Assembly: GCF_009914755.1 (NCBI RefSeq)
Contig: NC_060939.1
Length of the DNA stretch: 64,000 nucleotides
DNA from: the human T2T-CHM13v2.0 reference genome, Homo sapiens
Direction: 5' to 3' (one strand)
In this document: in pieces, positions 34,248 to 54,465 of the stretch
How positions within the stretch are numbered: position 1 is the first letter of the stretch
Layout of the letters: every line of letters begins with the position of its first letter
Position numbers and translations under genes: made by a program
The notes under the pieces: generated by a model
Told to the model about the DNA's origin: nothing
The model's database searches: none
Seen by the model: the letters and a program-made list of their open reading frames with translations, nothing else

Positions 34248-34654
34248 CTAGCAAAGGGAAATGTGAAAGATATATGACTTAGTACCTGATCAGAGTATTA
34301 TCTGCCACAGCTATCTGAACATAGTTGAGGTCAGAATTTCCTCCTTTAGAGAATACACCAATGTGTTTTTTTCTTGGAACAGAAACTGGCACAGCTATAA
34401 TGCTTTTGCAGGTAAAATGCTAAAATGCTTATTGTGCCATTAGATCATTCTAAAAATAATGTTATTCTCTCAATGGACCCAACCAAAAATTACTTGTTTT
34501 TTAATACTACTTAACAATATGCTACAAAGAGTTGACATATCTCACTTTGTTACCAGTTCTTGCTGAATTATACATATGTCTGTACCCCTATTGTCTGGGT
34601 GAGCTTATTTTACGCAGTCCCAATCTTATTTTTTAAATATCAGGCTACTATATA

Positions 34655-34688
<34 letters not shown>

Positions 34689-36618
34689 GAATATGTATAG
34701 AGAATATATATAGGATACACATATAGAATATATATAGACTATATAGAATATATATAGACTATATAGGATATATATAGAATATACATAGACTATATAGGAT
34801 ATATATAGAATATACATAGACTATATAGGATATATATAGAATATACATAGACTATATAGGATATATATAGAATATACATAGACTATATAGGATATATATA
34901 GAATATACATAGACTATATAGGATATATAGAGTATATAGACTATATATAGGATATAGATAGAAAATATGTAGACTATATACAGGATATCGATAGAATATA
35001 TATAGACTATATATAGGATATAGATAGAATATAGATAGACTATATATAGGATATAGATAGAATATAGATAGACTATATATAGGATATAGATGGAATATAT
35101 ATAGGATATAGATAGAATATAGATAGACTATATATAGAATATATGTAGAATACAGATATAGAATATAGATATAGAATATATATGGAATATAGATATAGGA
35201 TATATATAGATAGAATATAGATATACACACACATATATATTTCCTAATTAGGTCCTTCAAGAAATAAGTGATTAAACTTTTTAATAATGATAGTATCAAT
35301 TGGACATGATAACAATAATATTATTAATAAACTCTTTGATTTTTAAAATAAACTTGAACCCATTTCTTTTCATAGTCATAGAGGGGCTTAGAGATAAGAA
35401 TTTCAGTATCCATTAGGGATTTGCAGTATACACCAGTAACAAATAGTAGAAAGAAAACAGTTATATCTATTTTGTTAATGTGTAATGATATTCTTTACTT
35501 TAGAAAATAAAATTATATATAGTATATCTATATATAATATATAATATCTATTATATGTAAAATATATATAACTGTACAAGTCAATATCATAAATTATAAC
35601 TGTACAAATTAAAATCATCAAATTTATAAGCAACGAAAATGTGCGAAGTATTTCCTAAGTAGAGGAAACAATCTGCTTTCGCCTAGGTTCACCTAAACAA
35701 AGATCTGGTAAATCATGTGGTAGGTAAAAAGGGTCATTTCACAGGTGGTGAAAGCCATTTGAAATTTCACTACCTTCCCCAAATTACAATCATACGTCAA
35801 CTTAGAATTAATAAAAATATTTAAATTCATTAGTCACAAAGATGTCTTAAGTGAATGCTATATTCCAAGTCCTGTACTAGGTCTTTAGGATTATAAGAAG
35901 GTGTAAGACTCAATTTTTGTCCTCATAATGCTCATTACTTAACCAAGAATATAACAGATTAATTAACTCATTCATTTGTATGCTTATTCATTACATTTTA
36001 CTACATTTAAAAAATACCGTAGATTTCAGCCATATAAATACCCTTGTTTGCCTGACAGAAGAGTGTAATATAAACACAACTGAACCGTTAAAATACAACA
36101 TTATGAAAGTAGATGGAAGGAACTGCACGTGCCACGTGTGAGGAAAGATAAGACAGGTGGTAGATATTCTGGATATAGAGAAGCCCATTTGAACTCAGAC
36201 ACTAGGGAAAAACTAAAGGAGAAGTTATAACTTGAGGTAGCCTTGGATGTATTGAGGTAAGAAGAGGACATCTATGGTATGGTTAATGAGAACTTCAGGG
36301 CAAAGGATGTCATCCCAGCAAGGAAAACGGCAAAGGTACGTGAACAAGGCAGACAGGGAGAACAGGCCTCTATTCACAAAGCAGAGAGTACAAACGTTGG
36401 AAAGCAATGGATAGAGGGCCACACCCTGAAGATTCCACCCTGAATGTTGAAGACTCTCCACTGAGTGATATAATGGGCTCTGGAGATTCATAAGGGGGAA
36501 GTTGGCAGGTGGGTGTGGAATAAAAAAGCTACATGTTTGGTACAATGTACACTACTCAGGTGACAGGTGCAATAAAATCTCAGACTTCACCACTATACAA
36601 ATTATCCATGTTACCTAA

Positions 36619-36907
<289 letters not shown>

Positions 36908-37372
36908 TGATCCGCCCGCCTTGGCCTCCCAAAGTGCTGGGATTACACGCTTGAGCCACCGCGCCCGGCCAAGGCATTTAAAAAATGAAAACAAAACACT
37001 ATCACCTGAGTCATTTGTTTGCTTACATTAAATATCATAATACTTTTCAGCAAAAAATATTATCATTTTAATGTAACTTTCGTTCCCTGTATTTGAGCGG
37101 AGTACTGCACTATCCATAAACACCCTCTGAATTTTCTACAGTAATGGAAAAAAATCTTTGAAAAAAATAAAAGAAGGTTCTATGTTTGAGAATATGGCTA
37201 TATGAAAGGGGTTTCAAGAAATATCCAGTTCTTCCCAAGACGATGTACTTCCAGTGACCAGTTTTAAGAAGTGGAACAGGCCAGGCGCGGTGGCTCACGC
37301 CCGTAATCCCAGCACTTTGGGAGTCCGAGGCGGGCAGATCACGAGGTCAGGAGATGGAGACCATCCTGGCTA

Positions 37373-37600
<228 letters not shown>

Positions 37601-37859
37601 CTAACGAGGTCCTTCAAGTAATAATAAGTGATTAAACTTTTTGATAATGATAATATCAATTGGACATGATAAAAATACTATTAATAAATCTTTTGATTTA
37701 AAAAATAACCTTGTACCCACTTCTTTTGTAGGCGTGGGGGGAGCTTAGAGTTAAGTATTCCAGTATCCGTTAGGGATTTGGCAGTATACATCAATAACAA
37801 ATAGTAGAAGGAAAATAATTATACCTGTGTCTCATATATATATATATATACATACACAT

Positions 37860-37891
<32 letters not shown>

Positions 37892-38127
37892 TCTCTTAAA
37901 TTACCTGTAGCACCACTATGTTATTCTTTACTCTCCCAATACCCCAAGTAGATTGCACATGTGACTCTTTTATTAATGTGTTGAATATTCATAACGATAA
38001 TGAATAATATGAATAAATAAATTGATAAGCGCGTAACTATGAATTAGGCATTGCTTTACTCTTATCTGGAGATTTCAATTCATGATAAACATCTTTTAGT
38101 GACCATGAATAAGAAACTCATAGACCT

Positions 38128-38891
38128 GCATTAGAGAAATGCAAATCTAAACCACAATGAGATACCATCTCACTCCAGTTAGAATGGCAGTCCTTAAAAA
38201 GTCAGGAAACAACAGATGCTGGAGAGGTTGTGGAAAAATAGGAATGCTTTTACACTATTGGTGGGAGTGTAATTTACTTCAACCATTGTGGAAGACAGTG
38301 TGTGAATTCCTCAAGGATCTAGAACTAGAAATACCATTTGACCCAGCAATCCCATTACTGGGCATATACTCAAAAGATTATAAGTCATTCTACGATAAAG
38401 ACACATGCACACGTATGTTTATTGTGGCACTATTCACAATAGCAAAGACTTGGAACCAACCCAAATGTCCATCAATGATAGACTGGATTAAGAAAATGTG
38501 GCACATATATACCATGGAATACTATGCAGCCATAAAAAAGGACATGAGTTCATGTCCTTTGCAGGGACATGCATGAAGCTGGAAACCATCATTCTCAGCA
38601 AACTATCACAAGATCAGAGAACCAAACGCCGCATGTTCTCACTCATAAGCAGGAGTTGAACAATGAGAACACATGGACACAGGGAGGGGATCATCACACA
38701 CTGGGGCCTGTGGGGTGTGGGGGTGTAGGGGAGGGATAACATTAGGAGAAATACCTAATGTAGGTGACGGGTTGATGGGTGCAGCAAACCACCATGGCAT
38801 GTGTATACCTATGAAACAAAACTGCAAGTTCTGCACATGTAACCCAGAGCTTAAAGTATAATTTAAATAAATAAATAATAAATAAATAAAT
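38128..38891 (+). mobile_element. Mirror copy of truncated L1PA
   Basis: Same peptide (38157..38576); TSD aaactcatagacct at 38114-27 and 38892-905. Confidence 0.95.
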
Positions 38892-38929
38892 AAACTCATA
38901 GACCTCAAAGTATGGGAAGCCTAACTGCC

Positions 38930-39302
38930 TACGGCCACTTGCTGCTTCACTCTAAAATCTGTTTCTGCATCTGCCCCTCAGTCAATGACTGAGGGCCACA
39001 GGGTGGCTAATGCAGATCCCTCTTTAGGAGACACAGGGCTTCTCTGAGGACCAGTCTTGGCTCAGGATTCCCTGAAGCCTTTTCTCACCCTTCCTTAGAC
39101 TGTACATTACGCTCCAATGCTTCCACTCAACCTTCCTTTCCTCTTTCCTTCATTCTAGGTCAGACTTGCCTCATAGCTGAGACCTCTTCCAGGCTTACTC
39201 AGCTTCCTCTCCATTTTCTCTCACAGGGATTTCCCTTAATAAAATCCTCTTGTGTTTAACTCGTTTTCAACATCTACCTCTTGGAGGACCTGGACTAACC
39301 CA
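38930..39302 (+). mobile_element. Old ERVL-type LTR remnant (LTR16-like); mirror part at 1-255
   Basis: 3' end aataaaatcctcttg..catctacctcttggaggacctggactaacc resembles ERVL LTR termini; family uncertain. Confidence 0.4.
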
Positions 39303-39617
39303 CCACATAATGTTTGTATTATAATTACTTCCATTCTACAGGTTGAGAATCTGGGATCTGGAGAAGTTAAGCAACTTAAGTTACTCAAGTAAGGCCACAC
39401 AATGTATATAAAGTGTGCTGTAAGGAGTTAAACCCAGGGAATGCACACTCCAAAACAGAACCATCAACAAGTACCAATCCTGAAACCAACTAATAAAAGG
39501 TAAAGATACAATTAGCTTGGTGCAAAATGTTATTTTTCTCTCTAATTACATTTTCTAAGGTTTCACTGTTTGTGATTAAGAAGGGAAGAATGATTTTCAT
39601 CAAAACTCTGCTCAACA

Positions 39618-39805
39618 AGCCGGGTGTCGTGGCATGCACCTGTAGTCCCAGCTACTGAGGAAGCAGAGGCAGGGGGATCACGTGAGCCCAGGAGATTAAG
39701 GCTGCAGTGAGCTGTGATTACATCTCGTTGACCATGTGACCCTGAGTGTAACTCATAGACCTCAAGCCTGGGCAACAGAGCAAGACTCTGCCTTAAAAAG
39801 TAAAA
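39618..39805 (+). mobile_element. AluJ-like right monomer with ~40-bp internal insertion
   Basis: gccgggtgtcgtggcatgcacctgtagtcccagc..ggctgcagtgagc..agcctgggcaacagagcaagactctg. Confidence 0.8.
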
Positions 39806-40329
39806 CTAAGCAAAACAAAACAATCCTGAACAAATGGTTGCACATAACCAGCTAAACAGTAATATAACAGTTGTTGGCAGGGTGAGAAGAAACTAGCAGA
39901 CTGTAGGTTTGTCATACTGTTTTTTTGTTTCTCCAGAAACACAGATATAATATAGGCAATGAAAGCTGAGACTCATCTCTTAATTTCAGTTAAGCTATTA
40001 ATTGATTTACATCATTTACTCACAGGTCAGAAAAGTTTCTTTCAAAAGGCAGGAATGTTGTTTCATGTTAATCTAAGGACTTGCTTACCTTTTGTTTCTG
40101 TTCTTAATGATCACAGTTACTAATACAGTTAAATAATATTTAGATAAAATACATTACAATTATAGCTGATCAAAAATCTCATTCCAAGCTGTTATATTGT
40201 TGACTATCTCATGATCACTCTTCTTATGAATCATGTAAATAGGGAAAAATACTGCAAAGTAGACCCACGTTACTTCAAATGAAATATGATTTAATAAAAT
40301 CAGTTATTCTTTGCCAATTTTGTAATCTT

Positions 40330-40960
40330 CAAAATAACCACAATTGAAATAGTGATACATACACATCAGAACAGTTCAAATGAAAGAGAGAAATGATACC
40401 AAGTGTTGGCAAAGATGCGGAGCAACTAGAACTCTCTCCCATTGTGGATGGAAATGTAAACTGATGGACACCACCATTTTCCATGTATGCTAAATCTGAC
40501 CATATTCTATGACCCTGAGCATATACCCAGCAATATTTACCAAAAGACAAATACATGAATGCTCAGAGAGGCACCATTCAAAATAACCACAAATTGAACT
40601 TATATTTGTATAATGATACAGTATATAGCAATGAGAACCTAACAAATTACAACTATATGCAAAAAGATTAACAAATCTTATAAACTAAATATTGAATGAA
40701 AGAAGCAAGATACAGAACCTATACTACGATCTAATTCACTAAAAATTGTAAAACTCATCAGTTATGTTCCAAATCACCATAAGAGCTATCCTATGAAATA
40801 GTGTCTAGAAGAAGTAATAATATAAAATTTCCTGATTTGAGTACTGGATACACAGAAGGGCTAAGTTTGTTTAAAAACAAAAGAAGTATTGAGCTGTACA
40901 GTTAAGATTTGGGTATTTTACTGTTTGTATGTATTTTCAGCGTTAGAAAATTATGTTAAA
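40330..40960 (+). mobile_element. Ancient L1M 3'-end fragment
   Basis: ataccaagtgttggcaaagatgcggagcaactagaactctc..ggaaatgtaaac resembles the L1M ORF2 end/3' UTR. Confidence 0.6.
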
Positions 40961-41341
40961 AAGTCTTTATGCTCTTTTTCTTAATATATTTACAATAGAC
41001 AAATTTTCATTAAGCCACAGTATAAATAAAAAAGACCCACACAGGTATTTTTAACATGGATGAAGTGGTTCTGTCATCATTAAATGAGTACTTTAGGATG
41101 CAAGTCTGATATAAAAACTTACTTCCCTGAAGACTTTAATTTTGCATGCAAAATACACGGTTTCTAAATTAAATTTTTTTGTAACAAAGCGTTTTTGAGT
41201 TCCCCTCATGGAATTTTAATAAATCATTAATTTCTTCTTTTTCTCTTTCATGCACAAGCAGTGGATAAACATTTCAAAGATCCCTACAGAAGTTTCTTCC
41301 CTTGAAATACTGTTCACATGACAATGAGAAGGATGGAATAA

Positions 41342-41658
<317 letters not shown>

Positions 41659-44267
41659 AACAGGCAAATTTTTCGTTGGGGAAGTAGTAGACCAACCATC
41701 TGTGCTTATTTCTTCTAAACAGAGCTGGGAATGAGTGACAGCAGTTGAACAGGAACACTTGCTCCCCAAGCACTACTTGTTTTTCATGAAGAAGGAAAAA
41801 AGGCAAAAGCCCTGCTACATTTACATTCGCAAAATTGTTTTCAAATGAGGATTAACAAGATGTTAGTTCCCTCTCTGTTGAACACATAAAATATTAAAAG
41901 GCAGTGCTAATACATCTATATACAGCACATCAGGAGGAAGGAGGAAGTCATTTCTCCTGACTTTACCAACTTGTCTTATTTGAAACTGATACCGTGCCCT
42001 ATTGGCTGATAGGAGTTTCACTTTATTTAGAATACAATAGAATTTGGCTCAGATTCACACCAAAAGTATAGTATTTTGATGTGCACTTACACGACTTCAG
42101 GGGAAAACAATATCTGGAATGTGACCCTGGAATTCATTACAAGTCAGTTAAAGGGATCTCTCTTAGAATTTTTTGATAATTGGACTGGGACAGGATGTAA
42201 GAATAAATCATTAACAGTAGATGAGGAAAACACTTGACGAGAGCTTTCTCGTCTTACCATTACTGCTCTTTCTATCAGAGGTTAAAGACAGAATGGGGAC
42301 CATGTTGTGGTTGTTATTCTTGTTGTTTGATTGGTTTGTTTATTATGTTCTTGCATGACTTGGTTATGTGGCTGGATATGAAAATTCTTTCCATTTCCAG
42401 AGTCATAAATCTCCTAATTTCTAGGAGATTAAATACTGGTTTTATCTTTGGCTCCAGTAAAAATGTTGCTATCTTGGATTAAAAGAAGGTTGGGAAATAC
42501 GTTGTGTCTATTCACCAGTGAATGGGAACCCCTTCTACAACAACAAATTTTCCATTCAAACCATTTCTAGGCCTCCCTTCCTGGTTCTGACAGCAAATGT
42601 GAAAGCAAGTACTAGAGATTTGGGTTTTGTAAGTTTCCTCAAATACTTGGGAAATACTGGATTCCGTTGCCAAGTGTTGCCTTTTGTACATTCAGCTTCT
42701 ACACAGCACGTTTTCTCTATGTTGAAAGTCCTAATCCTTGAAATCTCAGAATGGAAAAGAGTTATATGACTAATTTTATGTGCCAGGATTATGGGAATAA
42801 ACTTTCATGGAAGATAGGAAGCTTACAGGGCATTTAGAGAAAGGAGACATCTGTAGAATCAATTCAGAATGATTAAGCCCCTTGTGATCTCACTATCTCA
42901 CTTCAATTGTTAAGCCACAAAACTCTTTTTAAGTTAATCTCTAACATTTATTTGGCTTTATAATTACATATAAATAATGTCTAAATTTGACACCTATGTT
43001 TCCAAACTTAATAATGAAGTCAAAATAAACAGAATTAAGGAGAGCTTATTACGATCTTTATTGTTATTTATATATAACAAATTTCCTATTAAGAATATAA
43101 TATTTTATGATATCTTATGGATGTCATTAACATTGCTTTAATAAAGGTATTATCATGCTTTGTACAGCAACCAACACGAAAATGTTAGTATACCACTGCA
43201 ATAAATAGAATAAAAATATGTTCAGAAAGACTTAGAAACTCATTAAAGAATGGACGTTAATCACTTTTCACCCTAACTCCTCATTTGGCAAGGCATGAAT
43301 CTATGCATTCCAGTTTAGACAGGTGGCAAGTAAGTAGTCCCATTGCATTTCATAAAATAAGCAGCTGCGTGAATTTGAAAGATACTATTTCCACATGAAA
43401 AGCTAATGACTGCACATGTAAAATCAGTAGTGTTTAGGAAGCTGTCATTTAAAAAACAACAAACTACCTAATTAAAAAGTAGCACAAATGAACTTTTGCC
43501 TATGTAAAAAATAGAACATTGCTTAGCCTTTTCTTAAACCCCTCCCCAATTCTTACCAAGAAAGGATAAATACCTTTATTATAGTCAAAGCTCTGTTTTT
43601 ATGGTTTTTGAATTTTTTAATCTAAAATTCAAAGCAAATAATCAATCTTTAATTTATATTTATCCCAGTTTGATTCAAAGTGACGGTCCAAAAGTAAAAT
43701 GATCAATTATAACTATAATCAATCACAAATAATGCTATGTGAGTTTGAAATGTTAATCTAAGTTGCCTTTTCCAGGTATGCATTTTAAAATTAAACTCTT
43801 CTCAGTAAGATCAAGGCTATCCTTCATGGATTTATGATGTTTGATGATCACCACGTTGTACTGATTTGCTATCTCACTTCACTGTTTGATATCAACATAT
43901 GAAAGTAAAAATGCTATTTAGGGGATAACTATTATCTGAGCACTAATAAATTAAATGCTATTTTAAGCCAACAACAAAATTGTTTAGGGTACAATTTTTA
44001 TTTAACCAACTGTCCATTATAAACATTATAAAATTCTGAAAGATCCTAGAATCTTATATAGCTTTTTTGTATTTTTTCAAATGTAGTTGACACCAGCATG
44101 AATTAAATTTCATATTTAAAAAGCTTCTGACTACATTACAACATACTTTAAAATTACTTGCAAGATATGATAATTCTAAGATTACCCACATATCATGCAA
44201 ATGAAACAGCCAGGTACTTCCTACCAACACATGATACAATAAAATCCAGAAGAACTTCTGAATTAGA

Positions 44268-44712
44268 GTGTAGTAGTTGCCTAGGGCCATCATACCTAAT
44301 TATCACACACTTGGTGGGTTAAGAGGACAGAAATATATTCTCTCATAGTTCGGAAGCCTGGACCTCTGAAATCAAGATGTTGGCGGGGCCACACTCCCCC
44401 TGAAGACCCTAGGGAAGAATTCTCCCTCGCTTCTTCCTGGCTTCCAGTGGCTCCTGGCAATCCTTGACCTTCTTTGATTTATGACTGCATAACTCCAATT
44501 TCTGTCTCCATCTTCACATGACCTTGTGTGTGTCTTTTCCTGTATGTTATAAGGACATTTACACTGGATTTAGGGCCCACCTTCACCCAGGATGACCTCA
44601 TCTCAATCACTGGGTTAATTATATCTGCAAAGACCCTACTTCCAAATAAAATCACATTCTAAAGTTCCTAATGGACATAAATTTTGGAGGTACGGTATTT
44701 AAATCACTACAC
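44268..44712 (-). mobile_element. MLT1B/C-like LTR
   Basis: ctctcatagttcggaagc..gaaatcaagatgttggc..ggatttagggcccacc..atctgcaaagaccctacttccaaataa. Confidence 0.75.
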
Positions 44713-45637
44713 AGAACATGTAAAGACAAAAATCTGGAAGCTACCTGAATGAAAATGGATATTCCCTTGAACTTCGACAAAATCATATTCTATTTTTCCA
44801 TGAGAAACATTTTATTACTCTAAAACAATATTCATATTTCACAAGTACGCCTCTTAAATTATAGCTTGGACTTAAGAAAAATAATTAGCTTTGGAAATTA
44901 TCAGTACATGATATCTAGTATTTCCTATATTTTTAAGAACTTCTACCTCCTAGCAAAAATAAACAATGCAATGGATAATTTCTGTGTTCTAAATTCACAC
45001 ACACAAACAGGAAAGGGACTTTAAAAATGATTTGTTCTCTTTTAAAGCAGAAGCCCAACCACCTGCTCTGAATCTAAAAGTTTCCTGAAAGCAATGAAGG
45101 GCTAGTTTATTATGAAGGTGTTGATAGCTGATTCTGTGGAGACTCACACAGAAACAAAGAATAAATTTTAATCACACTTAATGCTAATGTGGTAGTAAGG
45201 TTGTGACAATATTCAAATATGACTAATTTCATTGAATTAACTACACTCGGGCTTAGCTTAGTTGTCCAAATTTATTACAAATAGCTCAAACTAAATAATT
45301 CAACTCTTCTGTTTTCTATTTATTTTTTGTTGATGCTTAAGAGTAAAAAGATATTTCAACTGAATTTTTTTTTTTTTTTTAGCAATCAGTTCTCTTGTTT
45401 TATCACCATAAGACTGTAAACGGCCGTAACAGGTCACTGAATCTAGCACTGCCTTCAACAAGAAATGCACCTAGAGCAGGAATATAGTACTTGGCACTCA
45501 TCTCTAGACCTATAACCTAACAGATTTTTTTTTTGTCTGTCTTTGGTGAAAGTAACGTAAATTTAGAGCTGGAAAGGACCTTAGAGGTCATCTAGTCCCA
45601 CCCAAGCATCTTTGAAAACAAAATAAAGACGTGTGTT

Positions 45638-45969
<332 letters not shown>

Positions 45970-46704
45970 TTATACACTGTGTATTTCCAGAAAAGCCCCT
46001 GAGACAGCTTAGAATGAAAGGCACAGACACTATAAAACAAGCGCAAAATGACAGAATAATGAAGAGAAAGAGGTGACAATTACATGGGACAACCTAGGGA
46101 AGGAAACACTACCCTTCAGCCTAAAATTTAGTCCTAAGCCCCTTGTTCTTAAAGGCCAAAAGGAAAACCAGAATTCAAATAGGTATTGTTAGTTAATAAA
46201 ATAGTATCTGGATATATCAGCAACTATTTTTTGGTAACTCTAAACTCAAGCAAAATATATGTCTTTAAGCAACAGACAATGGACAATATAATAAAAATAA
46301 TCTTCCATAGCAATTTCCAAACTTTTAAAGATGTAAGAACAAATGATCTTTTCTTACAGGATGCTTAGTTGAAAGCTGCCCGCATGATGGTATTTTAAAC
46401 TACATGATGTTAAATTCCCTGCATGATGGTATTTTATTGGGACCTGGTTATATGATTTGGTGAAGAATGTAACCTTTGAGAACTTAGAAGAGTGAATGGT
46501 TAATATTTCTCTGAATTTTTTTGTTTTTAATTGATATTTTATTTTATCCCTCATAGACAATATATGTCTGGGAAATACACTGAAGTATAGTAAAAAAGAA
46601 TCTAAGGGTTAAAGTGTTGAGGTAAATGAGAAAGCAGAGGTTGTGTCTGAAGAACCGTGTGGTCGCACTGCACCACACAGCAAACAGAAATATGGGTGAG
46701 CACA

Positions 46705-48107
<1,403 letters not shown>

Positions 48108-48511
48108 CTATGAGAAGCAAATATGAATTATACCACTAACTGCTGAAAAGAAAGACTCTAAGACTGAAATTACCAAAAAAAAAAACCCTCAGCTGAAAAC
48201 AAAACAAATAATCAAACTCTATTACTCTACTCTATTTCCATGAAGCGTACAAACTGTTCCTGTAAGTTTAACGATATTAAAATGTACAAAGATTAATAAA
48301 GTAAAAATCAAAGACTATTTATAACATCATCGATTTCACATAAAGTAGAATTTTAAAGGAAAAGGTATCCCATGGAAAACAATAAAATATTTAATATTAC
48401 AAAGCAAAACACTAAATGAACGTCACATTTAATTGTGAAATCATTAGCATGTTTCTCCGTTATGACTTATTAAAGGATAAAATTTGAGCAATATAATGTA
48501 TAAGACTTTTT

Positions 48512-50292
<1,781 letters not shown>

Positions 50293-51769
50293 GTATCAAA
50301 CCCTGGTTTGGGGTAATAATCACTACCTTCTAGGTAACCAGAATGGAAAAAATATAACAGAAAAAAAATCCTAAAAATCATCCTGCGTACAAGAAAAATG
50401 AAACTGTATGCTGAATTCTCAGGGGGAGAAAACGTATTTAAAAATATATGACTTTCAAACCACAAGAAACTATAGAACATTGCTTTAAACTATTTGTCTA
50501 TGAACAGTATGTAGAAACACATGGAATTTAGGAAATAGGAGATGAAGGCTACAATAACAAAAGAGGCTCATATCACAAAATGGGAGATAGCTGAGATGAG
50601 GCTTCTATGAAAACTAAAGTGCAAGGGCAGATTTTCCATCCACAGGGAAATCCGTGGAGAAAGAAACTGACACACTGAAAAGTTCAAGCAGCAATTGAAT
50701 CAGAGCTCTGGAGGGCAAAGGAAGAGATGAACTAATGACAGAGAAGAAGGCGGATGGGTATGCCAGAGACCACAGGTTCCACCTCGAGAATAGTTTGTGT
50801 ACTGGGGAAAGACACAAGGGCAAGGAGATCTGAAACAATAATCAAAGCTATCACTGAAGTACGAATAATAAAAGCACCAAGCAGCTTCTAGGCAGGGAGG
50901 GGGAAGAAACAAGGAAGAGTTCTCCATATTTAAATAACAACTAGCCAAACTCCTGAATTTTACAAATAAATAAAAAAACTTCCTTAAAAATAAAAAGTCA
51001 GGCTTAGATAAGACTTTTTTTCTTCTCTGTTAACATTATTAGAAGACATAAAGATTTTAAGAGAATAAAAATATGATCAAGAGGATCATAAATATCAGGT
51101 TGTCTTTACCTGAGTACGAAGCAATGGCATCTGTATATCCAGCACTGATTTGTCCTTCCAATAAAAATTTACTCAAAGACATATGGGTACATATTAGAAA
51201 AATAATCAAAATTAATATTTCAAGGATTAGGAAGTTGTGAAGCCAAAATCCTGCAAGGGGACAATTGATTCAGTTAATGGAAAGATTTATTTTTCATATT
51301 TTATGATTATTTACCAAAATAATATTTTTAAAGTATAATTATAAAATAAAAATAAAATATTTAACAATACTATAATTATAATCATGTTCCAAGTTATAAA
51401 ACAAGATAGTGAGAATTGTCAGTAAGATAGTAAGAATTCTAATACTATCTCAAAATAAAGGATACAGAAGGTTTCAGGGCAAGAGAAAGGGAAAACCTTC
51501 TATATCCTTTAGTTTGAGATAGTATTAAAGCTTTCTGTAGGCTCACTCAAAATGTCCGGATTCTGACCACATTTGAATATGAGCACTCCCAACCTGACGA
51601 TTCCTAGTCTAAGCCACACATATTTCCTCTTATGGTTATTGCAAAAGCTCCCTAACTGGTCTCCCAGCTTCTGCCGTTGAGTCCTTTCAGCTATTTTTTA
51701 CACAAGTGCCAGAGAAATCTCAGAAATGCAATTCAGATGATATCACTTCTTTGCTTATATCTTTCAATG

Positions 51770-52561
51770 TTGTTCCCCTCTACGTGTTCATGTATTCTCC
51801 CCTTTGACTCTCGCTTCTAAGTGGGAACATTTGGTTTTCTGTTCCTGCATTAGTTGGCTAAGGATAATGGCTTCCAGCTCCATCCATGTTCCTACAAAGG
51901 GCGTGATCTCATCTTTTATGGTGGCATAATATGCCATGGTGTATATATACCACATTTTCTTTATCCAGTCTACCATTGATGGGCATTTATGTTGATTCCA
52001 TGCCTTTGCTACTGTGAATAGCGCTGCAATAAACATATGCATGCATGTGTCTTTATGACAGAACAATTTATATTCCTTTGGGTGTATACCCAGTAATAGG
52101 ATTGCCGGGTCGAATGGTAGTTCTTTTAGGTCTTTGAGGAATCACCACACTGTCTTCCACAATGGCTGAACTAATTTACACTCCCACCAACAGTGTAGAA
52201 ATGTTGCCTTTTCTCCACAATATTGCCAGCATGTTATTTTTTGGCTTTTTAATAATAACCATTCTGAATGGTGTGAGATAGTATCTCATTGTACTTCTGA
52301 TGTGCGTTTCTTTAATGATCAGTGATGCTGAGCTTTTTTTCTATGTTTGTTGGCTGCATGTATGTCTTATTTTGAAAAGGAGGGTGAAAGCTGGGAGGAG
52401 GGAGAGGATCAGGAAAAACAACTAGTGGGTAGCAGGTTTACCATGTGGGTAACAGAATAATCCGTACAACAAACCCCCATGACACAAGTTTACCTACATA
52501 ACAAACCTGCACGTGTACCACTGAACTTAAAAGTTAAATTTAAAAAATAAAAAATAAAAAA
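51770..52561. mobile_element. 5'-inverted (twin-primed) L1PA8-16-like insertion inside an L2: inverted part 51770-~52378 (-), sense 3' end ~52379-52561 (+)
   Basis: ORF2 C-terminal peptide on minus (51788..52066); sense 3' UTR and A tail; 11-bp TSD atctttcaatg at 51759-69 and 52562-72; L2-like sequence continues on both sides. Confidence 0.88.
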
Positions 52562-53125
52562 ATCTTTCAATGGTCCCATGTCAGTTTGAGGAACAGCCAA
52601 AGTCCTTAAAATGACGTACAAGGTGCTCGTTCCATCATCCGTCTTCTCATGTTTATTTCTCTGCCACCATCTACTAATACTCTTCCCCCTTCTCATTCTA
52701 CTCCAGCTATAATGGCTTCCTCGATGCTGTTCTAAGAATAAGTCCACATGATTCCGACTCAGGGCTTTTGCCCAAGCTGTGGTCTCTCTTTGGAATGCTC
52801 TTTTTTCAGCAGAGCACGATTCCTCCTCATTTCCTTCAAGAAGTCTGTCGCCAAATGCCTTCTACCTGGTGTGTAATTGTCATGTGTGGCAGTTTTAAAC
52901 ATAGTCCAAAAACAGGTTGATATTCTTCTCATCAAAAAATAGGTCTATGTCTCCCTTCCCTAAATCTGGACGTGCTTGTGACTGCTACAATCAATAGAGT
53001 ATGACAAATAATTCTACCTGACCTTTAAGGTGAGATAAAAAGAGACCAGGCATTTTCCACCTGGTTCCCTTGGAGTGTTTGATCTGCGGAAAGCCAGCAG
53101 CCATATAAGAAGTTTACCCTGTGCA

Positions 53126-54465
<1,340 letters not shown>

